From: a virus
DNA: 64,000 nucleotides
IMG/VR virus record: IMGVR_UViG_3300010049_000014
Coordinates: 2,025-66,024 of that record
Reading direction: 5' to 3' (one strand)
In this document: one piece after another, positions 45,737 to 54,936 of the stretch
Layout of the letters: every line of letters begins with the position of its first letter
Position numbering within the stretch: position 1 is the stretch's first letter
Translations under genes and position numbers: made by a program
Notes under the pieces: model-generated
Database searches by the model: none
The model's input: the letters and a program-made list of their open reading frames with translations, nothing else
Told to the model about the DNA's origin: nothing

Positions 45737-45762
45737 GATCTATTTTGCGTGCTTTTTTTGCC
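45737..45762 (+). promoter_or_regulatory. Bipartite motif GATCTA-N14-TTTGCC, copy 3
   Basis: Faces the first plus-strand gene at the strand switch. Confidence 0.65.
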
Positions 45763-45809
45763 TTGTTTTTAGATTTTTAAAACTACTACACAAGCGTATA
45801 GGGGGATAT

Positions 45810-45986
45810 ATGAATAATAAAATAATAATTGCCGACATATTACGCGACACAATAACGCAATATTATAATGGGAATTATACGCAATGGCATAATATACTAG
45901 CAATAGATAAGCTACGTATTATGCAAATAGTAAACAAGCGCATACGGGATTTGCGAGATAAAACAAACAATAGGGGGAAAAAATGA
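45810..45986 (+). CDS. Hypothetical protein
   Basis: GGGGG SD before the ATG at 45810. Coupled to the next gene. Confidence 0.6.
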   Translation: MNNKIIIADILRDTITQYYNGNYTQWHNILAIDKLRIMQIVNKRIRDLRDKTNNRGKK

Positions 45987-46270
45987 CAAGTAATAAACCT
46001 ACAGTATTGTATATGGCAAGCCTAGAGGGTAATCCTGTACATAACCAGAAAGTATATAGCACGTCTTCAGGGCTATATCTGGTATCTTATGATGTATTTG
46101 TGGCGTACAAGCCGCATACGGGCTCTGTGGGGGCTTGTAGGGGCATTAAATGGGACTATAGCAAGACAACAGCGCGTTATGTCCGCCTGTTTCTACACGG
46201 CTATAGTGTGGACACATTGCCAATAAATGACATACAGGCAATGTATGAACATGATGTTAAAGGGGGTTGA
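45983..46270 (+). CDS. Hypothetical protein
   Basis: Coupled ORF. Contains WDYSKTTARYVRLFL. Confidence 0.7.
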   Translation: MTSNKPTVLYMASLEGNPVHNQKVYSTSSGLYLVSYDVFVAYKPHTGSVGACRGIKWDYSKTTARYVRLFLHGYSVDTLPINDIQAMYEHDVKGG

Positions 46271-46271
46271 T

Positions 46272-46490
46272 ATGTATATATTGGACATTGCATCGGATGG
46301 CGTGATAACGCTTGTATTTCGCAGTTACGCATGGGCAAAAGAAGTAGTACTCTCCCCCATGCAGTCTGCTGTATTACGTGCTAAACTGTCTATGGCTGGT
46401 AAGTATATATCGGGCGATAGGAAGGATGTGATCACTATCGCAGGACAAACAACACTGGGGGCGATATGCAGGTCGTTCCTCATATACTAA
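46272..46490 (+). CDS. Hypothetical protein
   Basis: AGGGGG SD before the ATG at 46272. Confidence 0.55.
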   Translation: MYILDIASDGVITLVFRSYAWAKEVVLSPMQSAVLRAKLSMAGKYISGDRKDVITIAGQTTLGAICRSFLIY

Positions 46491-46536
46491 AAGCAGGTCT
46501 GTAGTGACAGGCTTATTAAACAAGGGAGCGTATTTT

Positions 46537-47307
46537 ATGTTTGAAAACAGGGTCTTACGACAAAGGACTGTCGATGTGACAGTACAGGATTATCTTAACA
46601 AGGATAATTTATTCCATGCGCAGTTTACAACCAAGGCAGGAAACCCAGCACTTGTACAGGTGATGCAGGACAATGACACAGGGTACTATGACAGTCCGCG
46701 TGAATGGGATAATTTGTGGACATGGGTAACGTCTGACAGAGCAGGATACTCTGATATTGATTTCCGAGGCACAAAGGAAAACAATTTTCGTGACAGGACA
46801 CACCACAATGTCGATGACTATGTGGGTGAAACAAGAAGGCTTTCAAAAGATTTCTTGAAACACAATGTAGTAGTTAAGCTCTACCTGTACCGGCACTCTG
46901 GGGATTACATCTATTCTGCCCGCTCTGTAAATCTTCCCTGCAATGTGACTTGTAAATGGGATTCAGGGTGTATGGGATTCGCTTTTGTATCAAAGGAAAA
47001 AATCAGGAAGGAATATGGTACACATAAATGGGAAGACGGCAAGGACATTGGCGTGCCGTTAAAGCGCATATCGAAGCAGGTCATGGAAGAAGCGTACGCC
47101 TGCCTTGAAGGTGAGATACAAACAATGAATATGCTTAACGCTGGGGAGGTTTACTGGTTTAAGGTTGTGGACATGATGACCGATGAAGAAGATTCATGTG
47201 GTGGAAATTACGCAGGCAGCAGAAAGGAAATTGCGCAGCAGGTAGCAGACTTCTTGCATGGTTGGTGTGACAACCCAAGTGATGTCGCACAGGAGATGGT
47301 AGCATGA
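46537..47307 (+). CDS. Hypothetical early protein
   Basis: GGGAG SD. Contains SPREWDNL, WDSGCMGF, GEVYWF...DSCGGNY. Confidence 0.75.
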   Translation: MFENRVLRQRTVDVTVQDYLNKDNLFHAQFTTKAGNPALVQVMQDNDTGYYDSPREWDNLWTWVTSDRAGYSDIDFRGTKENNFRDRTHHNVDDYVGETRRLSKDFLKHNVVVKLYLYRHSGDYIYSARSVNLPCNVTCKWDSGCMGFAFVSKEKIRKEYGTHKWEDGKDIGVPLKRISKQVMEEAYACLEGEIQTMNMLNAGEVYWFKVVDMMTDEEDSCGGNYAGSRKEIAQQVADFLHGWCDNPSDVAQEMVA

Positions 47308-47489
47308 AAAAGAGGATGTGGGCGTTATGGTCAACGCAACTAGACGGAAAGCGGGACGTTATTGCGTTGTACGACACTGTCGAGTATAGCTACGATGATG
47401 TGAAGTATATTGCTGCCGAAAGGCAGGGTGCTGTAGGGGAGGAACATGACTTCTCCCACAACATAAACTTGAGGGAGGTAGAGTTCTAA
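47304..47489 (+). CDS. Hypothetical protein
   Basis: Coupled ORF. Confidence 0.55.
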   Translation: MKKRMWALWSTQLDGKRDVIALYDTVEYSYDDVKYIAAERQGAVGEEHDFSHNINLREVEF

Positions 47490-47812
47490 TGGCATTAAAG
47501 CAAACAATTCAATTTACCGTTATATCAGAAAACGGTATAGCACTGGAGATGGAAGACATCCAGAGCAGGCTGCTTGACCATCAGCAGGTCTCATGGGTGG
47601 ATTTTGAGGTTGTGAAAGAGGAGGAAACGAAGTATACTGATGAAGATAAGGTCTTTGAAAGACAGGACTTCGTTGATAACACAATAATGGACATGGCACG
47701 TGCCTTAGTGCCGGATGCAAAGCATCAAATGCACTTCATAGCAGAGGTGCGAGAGGCACTTATTCGAGAGTTTAATCTCGATGAGAATGAGTTTTATCCG
47801 TCGTTGACGTGA
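47489..47812 (+). CDS. Acidic hypothetical protein
   Basis: Coupled ORF, followed by a hairpin. Confidence 0.65.
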   Translation: MALKQTIQFTVISENGIALEMEDIQSRLLDHQQVSWVDFEVVKEEETKYTDEDKVFERQDFVDNTIMDMARALVPDAKHQMHFIAEVREALIREFNLDENEFYPSLT

Positions 47813-47814
47813 TG

Positions 47815-47852
47815 AAATACCCTACTTACCACTGTGTAGGGAACTATTTAAG
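47815..47852 (+). terminator. Candidate terminator hairpin
   Basis: AAATA-CCCTAC...GTAGGG-AAC-TATTT right after the stop codon. Confidence 0.45.
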
Positions 47853-47902
47853 TTTTAAATAGTATTTATTGAATGATTAAAACTAATTGTTATTGATACT
47901 CT

Positions 47903-48051
47903 AGTCCTGTAGCGTCGTTGACGAGCAGGATTTGAGGCTGTGATTCGTGTTCCATGTCTCGGACACACTTATAACCAACAGTGGATTCGCAAGTGATGCC
48001 TGATGTAGTCCCCGCAATATGGGTAGAGGATCAACTTCACTTGCGTTTTTC
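47903..48051 (+). ncRNA. Candidate structured small RNA (no family recognised)
   Basis: Three successive hairpins. The last has a 9-bp stem CGCAAGTGA/TCACTTGCG followed by TTTTT. Confidence 0.35.
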
Positions 48052-48069
48052 TAAAGGCAGAAGAAAACC

Positions 48070-48176
48070 AACGGCTATTTACTGCCGCGCTATTTATTGC
48101 CGACAGCACAGTATATACCTAGCAGTATGCTGTGCCTCCCAACGGCTATTTACTACCGCGGCTATTTATTGCCGAC
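48070..48176. repeat. Duplicated ~35-bp unit AACGGCTATTTACT(G/A)CCGC(G)GCTATTTATTGCCGAC flanking a hairpin
   Basis: Copies at 48070-48104 and 48141-48176. GCACAGTATA...TATGCTGTGC stem lies between them. Confidence 0.85.
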
Positions 48177-48233
48177 GGCTTTTCTTCTGCCTTTAAAAAT
48201 ATTTAATAAAAATAAACTTGTTTATTGCCGAGT

Positions 48234-48259
48234 GATCTAAAAATCAAAAGTTCTTTGCC
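48234..48259 (+). promoter_or_regulatory. Bipartite motif GATCTA-N14-TTTGCC, copy 4
   Basis: 28 nt upstream of the ATG at 48288, with AAGGAGG SD. Confidence 0.7.
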
Positions 48260-48287
48260 AAGTAATAAATAAAAAAGGAGGGCTATA

Positions 48288-48509
48288 ATGCCTAACGAAC
48301 GACTATTTACCGCCAATTTGCAGGTAACGGTTATGTATGATCCGTGTAAAATACAACAGTCGCTAATTGTGGATTTAGTACAGCACAATTTGGAAAACGT
48401 ATTTGATTCTTCCTGTCCAGAAGTAATAATCCGACAGGAAAGTAGACAATGCTTGTCATGTATCAACAGGGAAGAACAGCCGCCGTTGACAGTAATAAGG
48501 AATAAATAA
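48288..48509 (+). CDS. Hypothetical protein
   Basis: Strong SD and promoter-like motif. Confidence 0.55.
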   Translation: MPNERLFTANLQVTVMYDPCKIQQSLIVDLVQHNLENVFDSSCPEVIIRQESRQCLSCINREEQPPLTVIRNK

Positions 48510-48742
48510 TGGGAGTACGATGGTCAACAACTCACAGGGGTGTGAAGATACACAGGGTGTACTATCAAGGATGTATAAACTACAAAGTAGATGGTACACA
48601 AGAGCTTGCTTGTAGTTTATATCAAGCAAAGAAATGGATCGATGCGCGTATACTAGAGTGTTTTGATAACAAAACACTACCTGTTTCACATCATGTGAAA
48701 TCAGGGCTACGCCAGTCGTTAATATCTATCGGCAATAAATAG
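48509..48742 (+). CDS. Hypothetical protein
   Basis: Coupled (TAATG) to the previous ORF. Confidence 0.5.
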   Translation: MGVRWSTTHRGVKIHRVYYQGCINYKVDGTQELACSLYQAKKWIDARILECFDNKTLPVSHHVKSGLRQSLISIGNK

Positions 48743-48767
48743 CCGTTTGACGAATAGGGGGATAATT

Positions 48768-49682
48768 ATGAAGTACAATGCACGTTTTGAAATGGGATCA
48801 AGGTTGTTTCATCTTGCACAACCAGACATTTATTATGAGTTTGCAGGTCTTGTAAACTCACTTGAGGAAGGTGAAACAGAATATTATATGGACACAAAAA
48901 AAGAACACGAACCTTCAGGGCAATACTTTGTGCATGGGCACATGGTGCGTGATGTAATCGCTAAAGCATGGGTACAGGCGTTCGCATGGAAACTATCAAC
49001 TAATGAGCTTACAAAGGACATAAAGGTAGTATATGAGGATGCTGGGTCTCCGAAGGAGTACAACTACGGAGGTGATTGGGCAAACTTCTACCTTCTTATC
49101 TCACAGAAAAACTATAAAGCACTTATTGAGAGTGTAATTGAAGAAGGTATAGACGACTGGCTATACAACAATTACAAGTCTTACGATGGCTTCTGGTCTT
49201 ATATGCCGGACAACCTTGATGAGTATATGGAGCAAGCCGAATGTGATAAATGGCGTGTCAGTAAGGAAAGGAATGGTTATGCTTTGGCACAGGCGATACA
49301 GTATACGCTGTTTAGAACAGACCTTGAAATTGGTGCGTGGAATGATAGTCTGCACTATGATGTGGAAGAAATTGAGTTTTCGCATGATACTTTCTACTTT
49401 GAACCAGAGGAAGTGCAGTACGGTGTGACGTGCATGGACTGTGGAAAACAAGCTCCTGATGCGCAGGATTGCGCAGCGAAGTTTAACGGCTGGTTTAGGG
49501 ACATGGGGGAAAATAAGTACTGCTGCGCTCGATGTGCCTATGTGCGTGACAGGCGTGCGGAAGAAGAACAGAAGAAAAAAGAAAATAAAAATCTTGCAAA
49601 GATGCGATCTAAAATCGTAAAGTTCTTTGCCAATTCAATAACAAAACTTAGGAGGAAATATGAAGAAGCAATATACCGTTAG
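48768..49682 (+). CDS. Acidic hypothetical early protein with C-terminal Cys cluster
   Basis: AGGGGG SD. Contains SPKEYNYGGD, KSYDGFWSY, CxxC. Confidence 0.75.
   Translation: MKYNARFEMGSRLFHLAQPDIYYEFAGLVNSLEEGETEYYMDTKKEHEPSGQYFVHGHMVRDVIAKAWVQAFAWKLSTNELTKDIKVVYEDAGSPKEYNYGGDWANFYLLISQKNYKALIESVIEEGIDDWLYNNYKSYDGFWSYMPDNLDEYMEQAECDKWRVSKERNGYALAQAIQYTLFRTDLEIGAWNDSLHYDVEEIEFSHDTFYFEPEEVQYGVTCMDCGKQAPDAQDCAAKFNGWFRDMGENKYCCARCAYVRDRRAEEEQKKKENKNLAKMRSKIVKFFANSITKLRRKYEEAIYR
49606..49631 (+). promoter_or_regulatory. Bipartite motif GATCTA-N14-TTTGCC, copy 5
   Basis: Inside the 3' end of the upstream gene. 28 nt before the ATG at 49660 with AGGAGG SD. Confidence 0.7.
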
Positions 49683-50463
49683 TCTTGCGTTTGTGGACTG
49701 GGAAACAATGATCATAGAAGCAGACAGTCCTGAAGAAGCTCTTGCTATCGCAAGAGAGAGTGAATTAGAAGGTACATGGGATGCGCCGAGTACCTGTAGA
49801 GAACGCATGGAAGAAGATGATACTGTCTACGGTGTTGGCGGCACAGAAACAAGTACCAAAGTTATGACATACATACGCAGAAAAAGAGAAAGCATCGAGC
49901 GTAGTATCGTGCCCAATTTTGACAACACAAGGCAGATTGCTATTATTTGGGACATAGATGATGTACGGCACGAAAGACCGTACCTGACAAAAGCGCAGGC
50001 GATGGAAGTTCTTGAGAATGTACATCGTAAACATGATGCTACATTAGGTGTATCATGGGAAACACTACAGATTCATTCAGATATGATGTTCTCATTCGAC
50101 CCGCCATGCGCAGAAGAATCGTTCTTAGACTGCCAGCACAAAGTGATGCACAAGGACTGGGAATGTAATCCACTGAAGTGTCCATCAAGAGGTGCGCCGC
50201 GTCTTGTGTTCTACGCATACGATGTGTGGGGAAACAGGGAAGATGGCTGGGAAGTAAATGACAGGCAGCAAGTAGGTGCAGCGACAATTTATGCTTTCAC
50301 AGACGGCAATGAAGACGACAAAATACTTGAGAGTGTGCGTAAATTGTATGGCTTTGATGTCAAGGAAATTGAGATTTTCGAGAACAGTGACGAACACGTC
50401 ATCATGTTTCAAAACAAAGAAACCAAAAAGCCGTTAGGTGAATATGTGGTGGAGGAAGTATGA
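49660..50463 (+). CDS. Mosaic hypothetical protein (several small phage domains)
   Basis: Segments IIEADSPEEAL, IIWDIDDV...HDATLGVSW, YDVWGNREDGWEVND. Confidence 0.75.
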   Translation: MKKQYTVSLAFVDWETMIIEADSPEEALAIARESELEGTWDAPSTCRERMEEDDTVYGVGGTETSTKVMTYIRRKRESIERSIVPNFDNTRQIAIIWDIDDVRHERPYLTKAQAMEVLENVHRKHDATLGVSWETLQIHSDMMFSFDPPCAEESFLDCQHKVMHKDWECNPLKCPSRGAPRLVFYAYDVWGNREDGWEVNDRQQVGAATIYAFTDGNEDDKILESVRKLYGFDVKEIEIFENSDEHVIMFQNKETKKPLGEYVVEEV

Positions 50464-50642
50464 TTTATGTAGATAATAAACAGGACAAGATGTGGGATGC
50501 ACTCATGGAATGTGATACTGAAATGGTAATGATGGCGTTTACAAACTATCACGGTATGCAGCTTTTAAACGATGGATTCTATAAGTTCCTCATAGAAGAA
50601 GGAATCATGGAAGGCGATGGTGAGGAGGAAGACAATGAATGA
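50460..50642 (+). CDS. Small acidic hypothetical protein
   Basis: Coupled ORF with GGAGG SD. Confidence 0.6.
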   Translation: MIYVDNKQDKMWDALMECDTEMVMMAFTNYHGMQLLNDGFYKFLIEEGIMEGDGEEEDNE

Positions 50643-51081
50643 GCTAATCATACCAGAAAGCCTTGCGTCTATTACTATTCCCAAGTGGCGTGACACAGCA
50701 AAGCTCCTTGAAGGATTCAAAGTCATCGCCTTTAACCCCAACCACACTCCGGCAGGGGATTGGGATTACTCTCCCGCAAGGGAAATCATTGATGTGCGCA
50801 CATTTGTTCTGGGAGGTAAACGCAGCGAAGGTAGTAACGGAGTGCTAGTGTGGATTCATAGTCCCACGCATCACGGACACGCGCATGGCAGGGCTGGAGG
50901 TTGTGGATACCACAGACCTTCGGCTGCTTTTTCTTCTGCCTTACTCGCAATGGGTATCACGTTAGGTGAACATGAGTGTCATGGCAGAGGAGATTCTGCG
51001 ATGTACGACACAGCCCTTGCGATAGCTCAAAAGTTGGGGTATGAACAAAAGTATTTGCATATTGCAAAGTTCTTTAGGTAA
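50635..51081 (+). CDS. Hypothetical early protein
   Basis: GRAGGCGYHRPSAA...LAIAQKLG pattern, which I recall from phage early proteins. Confidence 0.7.
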   Translation: MNELIIPESLASITIPKWRDTAKLLEGFKVIAFNPNHTPAGDWDYSPAREIIDVRTFVLGGKRSEGSNGVLVWIHSPTHHGHAHGRAGGCGYHRPSAAFSSALLAMGITLGEHECHGRGDSAMYDTALAIAQKLGYEQKYLHIAKFFR

Positions 51082-51111
51082 ATCGGCAATAAATAGCCAA
51101 GGAGAAAAATT

Positions 51112-51651
51112 ATGGTGTTTATAAATTATGATGGTATCGGTTTTGATGATTACCATGTTGATGATGATGACGGGCATATTTGGTCACAAGTATGTGAAAA
51201 ACACGCAAAATGTATGCAGATTGATCAGCCAATGATTTCTCACGTAGCGTGCAAGGATTTAATATGTGGTGTGGCAGGCTGTGAAGAAATCGCAGAGTAT
51301 TACATCGACTTTCCTGTAATATGGTGCGGCGAGTGTGGGGCAGAAATAAACTTCGAGGAATGGGCAGAAAACGGAAAGCCTGCGTGTGGTTACATCACCT
51401 GCCAAAAGCCGTTGTGTCCTTCGTGCGATAACAAAATGCACGAAAGAATGGACAATGGTGAGCTTCCGATATGCAGCGAGTGTGCGGAAGAAAACAAGAA
51501 AGATCGTATCATTGGGGATGAGTGTGACACTTGCCAAAAGATAGATGATTGTAACACAACAGAAAAGGGTGTAGGGTCTCTATATCACGGCGATGCTGAT
51601 GGTAGATGTAGAAACTACCTATGCAGCAATGTTCCGCGTAAGGAGGGATGA
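51112..51651 (+). CDS. Cys-rich multi-zinc-finger protein
   Basis: AAGGAG SD and many CxxC motifs. Confidence 0.7.
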   Translation: MVFINYDGIGFDDYHVDDDDGHIWSQVCEKHAKCMQIDQPMISHVACKDLICGVAGCEEIAEYYIDFPVIWCGECGAEINFEEWAENGKPACGYITCQKPLCPSCDNKMHERMDNGELPICSECAEENKKDRIIGDECDTCQKIDDCNTTEKGVGSLYHGDADGRCRNYLCSNVPRKEG

Positions 51652-51654
51652 GGG

Positions 51655-52044
51655 ATGGGCGATAAACACATAGATATGATGCAGTGTGCGCCACGGCATC
51701 TGCGGATATACAGAACAAAACGAAAACCTATGCCTGTTGATGATACCTGTGCTGTGTTCACTAAGGCAAATTGTTTTGGTGGAGAGCGATATAGAGGAAA
51801 GGTGTATTTTGTTTCGTGTAACGACAGACCATACACTTCTTTCTATCAGCATGGAGAAGCAGACCGCTGGCAGTTCTCTCCAATGGGCAGCAGAATTAAA
51901 TGGGCGGATATATCAACGCAGTTGCGCAGGTGCTTAATGAATGAGTACGAGGACTTATGGCAAATAAGGTTTTCTCACGACAGCGAATACTTTATATCAA
52001 GTTGGCGACCAATGACACAGGAGGAGATAAATGAGATCAAATAA
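51655..52044 (+). CDS. Hypothetical protein
   Basis: GAGGG SD. In the operon. Confidence 0.55.
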   Translation: MGDKHIDMMQCAPRHLRIYRTKRKPMPVDDTCAVFTKANCFGGERYRGKVYFVSCNDRPYTSFYQHGEADRWQFSPMGSRIKWADISTQLRRCLMNEYEDLWQIRFSHDSEYFISSWRPMTQEEINEIK

Positions 52045-52231
52045 CGAAAAACCACAAGAGTGCAGGTATACACACCAGCACTGTCAGCACGCAAGTATCA
52101 TGGGTGATTGTCTTGCTAATCCTGAAAAATGCAAGGATAAAATAGAGATGGACAAAGCGTTCGCCGCGAAAATCAAAACGGTATCTGTATCGGCAGCAGC
52201 AATGCCAACAAGAAAGGGGAGAATAAAATGA
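52031..52231 (+). CDS. Small Cys-containing hypothetical protein
   Basis: GGAG SD. Coupled. Confidence 0.55.
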   Translation: MRSNNEKPQECRYTHQHCQHASIMGDCLANPEKCKDKIEMDKAFAAKIKTVSVSAAAMPTRKGRIK

Positions 52232-52536
52232 AAAAGTTATGGGAGGGAATACGACCGTATGTAGTTGTCGCTTTATTTACGCTATTTGGTTTTGGTGCTG
52301 CGTACACACTGGTATCTGTTGGTAGGGTTATTGAGGAAAAGGCACACACCTGCGAAGTTCCAGTAATAGAAACACCCGGAGTATACATAATAGATGTAGA
52401 GCAGATGACATTTGGTCGTACTAACCACGACAATAAATGGATGGTACATTATGCCTATCAAGGTGTGCCGCATACAGCGTTTTTGCCGTGTAATGACAGT
52501 TTAGCCGAGTTCCTTGCGTACTTGGCATTATTTTAA
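52228..52536 (+). CDS. Hypothetical protein with N-terminal TM
   Basis: Hydrophobic aa 10-31. Coupled. Confidence 0.6.
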   Translation: MKKLWEGIRPYVVVALFTLFGFGAAYTLVSVGRVIEEKAHTCEVPVIETPGVYIIDVEQMTFGRTNHDNKWMVHYAYQGVPHTAFLPCNDSLAEFLAYLALF

Positions 52537-52548
52537 TAAGGAGTAATT

Positions 52549-52779
52549 ATGATAGTCGTAAAACCAGTAGATATGGAAGTTATTTACAATGGGAAGGTGT
52601 TAGACGCAGGTTGTGTAGAATTATCGTTTAATTCTGTTGATGTTCACCCTTCGCAAGCGTTTGCTTATGGATTATATAATTGCATAGATGGTGTGGATGA
52701 CTGGGTTGCTGATTTCGCAAATGCGCAGGTGGCGCAACGTGTTGCAGACCTTCTAAACACACATGGGGGTGCAAGATGA
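52549..52779 (+). CDS. Hypothetical protein
   Basis: AAGGAG SD. Confidence 0.6.
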   Translation: MIVVKPVDMEVIYNGKVLDAGCVELSFNSVDVHPSQAFAYGLYNCIDGVDDWVADFANAQVAQRVADLLNTHGGAR

Positions 52780-53681
52780 AAGGAAGTACAGTAGTAGTTA
52801 CCAAGAAGGAAAACAGAACCTTATTTAATCTAATGACATTTTTATGCGTCATATCAAAAACATTAAATAAGGTGACAAAAGAAAGGCGTTACGCGAAAGC
52901 AATACGATTTATAAAAGGAATCACAAATCCTGACGTAATGTTCGCCTATGCTACTGATGGACAAAGACTGCACTGCGTTCCGTTCTTTTCTGCTAAGTTG
53001 CAAAAAGAATTACGGAGGGAACTTGAGTGGAGTATAGTCAGTGCTACAAAGGATGTTATTACACTTACCGAGTACACAGGGGATGGAGAGAAGTTTCCTG
53101 TTGATGGTGTGCGTGATGTGTTACCTGAAGATATTGCTTTATGCGAGCAGATACCTGATAACAACAAAGAGTATTGGCGGTTGTCGCACAAAATGTCTGG
53201 TGTGTGGATAACCGAAAACGCGGTTGGGGATATTTTATTTTATCTTGCGCGTAACAATGTAGCGGTGGACATTACGTATCTACAGGCATTGCACGTTGCG
53301 GAAGGAATAAATGAGTTTCATGTTTGGCAGAAGGATAAAACAAAAGATTTAAATATTCCCAAAGGAATAGAAGATGTTATCGCGTACATAGCTAACAAGC
53401 TAGACGCTGTGTTTGAGGGTACGTTGGTTTTTAAGGTGTCGCACCCACACAGCGCTTGCGGAGGTTTGGCGGCATCTGCTATTGCTTTAATACAACCAAG
53501 GGTACAGACTAACCGGATGTCGTATGTAGAGCTAACTAATGAAATGGTATCGGAGAAAGGACTTTCCATACTCGCAAATCGTTTTGCAAAAACAAAGAAA
53601 ATAACAGTGGAAGATGCGACAGAGGCACTACGGTATAGTAATAATTTTAATGTAAGAAGGTCAAGATGCAAGGAAACATAA
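52776..53681 (+). CDS. Hypothetical protein with a sliding-clamp (DnaN) domain-like segment
   Basis: YATDGQRL and GEKFPVDGVRDVLP resemble DnaN ATDGHRL / GxFPDYxRVIP. Confidence 0.55.
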   Translation: MKGSTVVVTKKENRTLFNLMTFLCVISKTLNKVTKERRYAKAIRFIKGITNPDVMFAYATDGQRLHCVPFFSAKLQKELRRELEWSIVSATKDVITLTEYTGDGEKFPVDGVRDVLPEDIALCEQIPDNNKEYWRLSHKMSGVWITENAVGDILFYLARNNVAVDITYLQALHVAEGINEFHVWQKDKTKDLNIPKGIEDVIAYIANKLDAVFEGTLVFKVSHPHSACGGLAASAIALIQPRVQTNRMSYVELTNEMVSEKGLSILANRFAKTKKITVEDATEALRYSNNFNVRRSRCKET

Positions 53682-54586
53682 TAAGACATGAAGACTATCT
53701 TAGCCCTACAGCGGCTATATTTTTGATGACACAGCACAACATGGTGTTGCGTGACTACAATGCGTTTGAGGAAGATGATGTTACTTTGGTGTGGTGGTCT
53801 TCAAGATGCCATGTTTTTCATTATTGGAGTAACGGCACATTAAAAGGTATCTGGAATAACGGATTCATAAACAAACGTGCGTATTTTCCAATGCCTAAAA
53901 GTCCGCACATTTTACGAGATATATTATTTACTAAAGATTTTGAAAAATCCGAAGCAGGGGAGTACAGGAGTAACACTGCGATATGTGAAATCATGGAATT
54001 GACTGCACAAAGTCACTTTGAGTGTGAGGACATTTTCCATGTTGGAAACCACCTTGTCCACGTAAGTGAGAGACCTGACCTTATGAATTGCCACAATACA
54101 CCAATAAAGAGTACACTACAAGAGGAGGCACAAGCCTCTCTTGCAGAAGAAACAGCAAAAACAACAACTAAAGAGCAATGCTGGAATTGTAGAACTGTAG
54201 GTTTAACGTGTATTCCTTTTATTACTCCTATGGGGAACAGTATTTATGTGTGTCTACGGTGCCATGAGGCTCTTACGGAGCTTATAACAACAAAAGAAGA
54301 ACAAGGCAGAAAGTATGACAGTGAAAAACTGCGGTGGTACTTGTTGCCGTGGGATGCGCTTGAGGAAGTAGTCAGGGTGCTAACGTATGGAGCGCAAAAG
54401 TACGCACCCAACAACTGGAAGAAGGTCGAACCATTTTATGACAGGTATTCCGCGGCACTAATGAGGCACTTTAAAGCAGATCAGGTAGGAGAGATTTGCG
54501 ATGAGGAAAGCGGCCTACACCACATGGCACAAGTAGCCTGCAATGCGCTTTTTCTACTTTGGTTTTCACTACAGGAGGAAAGATAG
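53666..54586 (+). CDS. Fusion protein with C-terminal DUF5664 dATP/dGTP diphosphohydrolase domain
   Basis: GRKYDSEKLRWYLLP...YGAQKYAPNNW...ESGLHHMAQVACNALFL. Confidence 0.85.
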   Translation: MQGNIIRHEDYLSPTAAIFLMTQHNMVLRDYNAFEEDDVTLVWWSSRCHVFHYWSNGTLKGIWNNGFINKRAYFPMPKSPHILRDILFTKDFEKSEAGEYRSNTAICEIMELTAQSHFECEDIFHVGNHLVHVSERPDLMNCHNTPIKSTLQEEAQASLAEETAKTTTKEQCWNCRTVGLTCIPFITPMGNSIYVCLRCHEALTELITTKEEQGRKYDSEKLRWYLLPWDALEEVVRVLTYGAQKYAPNNWKKVEPFYDRYSAALMRHFKADQVGEICDEESGLHHMAQVACNALFLLWFSLQEER

Positions 54587-54724
54587 ATGTTATACACATA
54601 TATATGCGTAGTTCTTACTGTTGTTGTGTCTTTTATTTTGCTGTACGTACTGTGTGTGCCTGGGTTAATGCTTATGCAGAAGTGGAGCGAGTTTTGTGAA
54701 AAGCACATTAAGAAGGAGCTATAA
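54587..54724 (+). CDS. 45-aa single-TM protein
   Basis: GGAGG SD. Fills the gap exactly. Not in the ORF track. Confidence 0.55.
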   Translation: MLYTYICVVLTVVVSFILLYVLCVPGLMLMQKWSEFCEKHIKKEL

Positions 54725-54936
54725 TGCCGCAGACAAGAATATTGGTTGAGATAGTGTGTGATTTTGTCCATGCAATATCGGTAATACCGCTGGATGAAAA
54801 CTGCCCAAAGTGCGCGTGCCGCATAGATGGGCATTGTATAAGGGCAAGACAGAATGTAGATACAGTACATTGCGACTATGGGCGCAAGGGCTACTATAGC
54901 CTTCAGGCAAAGGGTATGCGAGAAGTAACAGCATGA
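54724..54936 (+). CDS. Cys-rich hypothetical protein
   Basis: Coupled, with AAGGAG SD. Confidence 0.55.
   Translation: MPQTRILVEIVCDFVHAISVIPLDENCPKCACRIDGHCIRARQNVDTVHCDYGRKGYYSLQAKGMREVTA

Noticed and set aside
48070-48176. Mini CRISPR array
   Set aside because: Only two units. They are internally tandem rather than palindromic, the intervening sequence is itself a hairpin, and no cas genes are present. The Cas4-like nuclease is an ordinary phage exonuclease.
53666-54586. 2-aminoadenine (Z) genome
   Set aside because: DUF5664 alone is insufficient and no PurZ is seen. Kept only as a weak hint in the findings.
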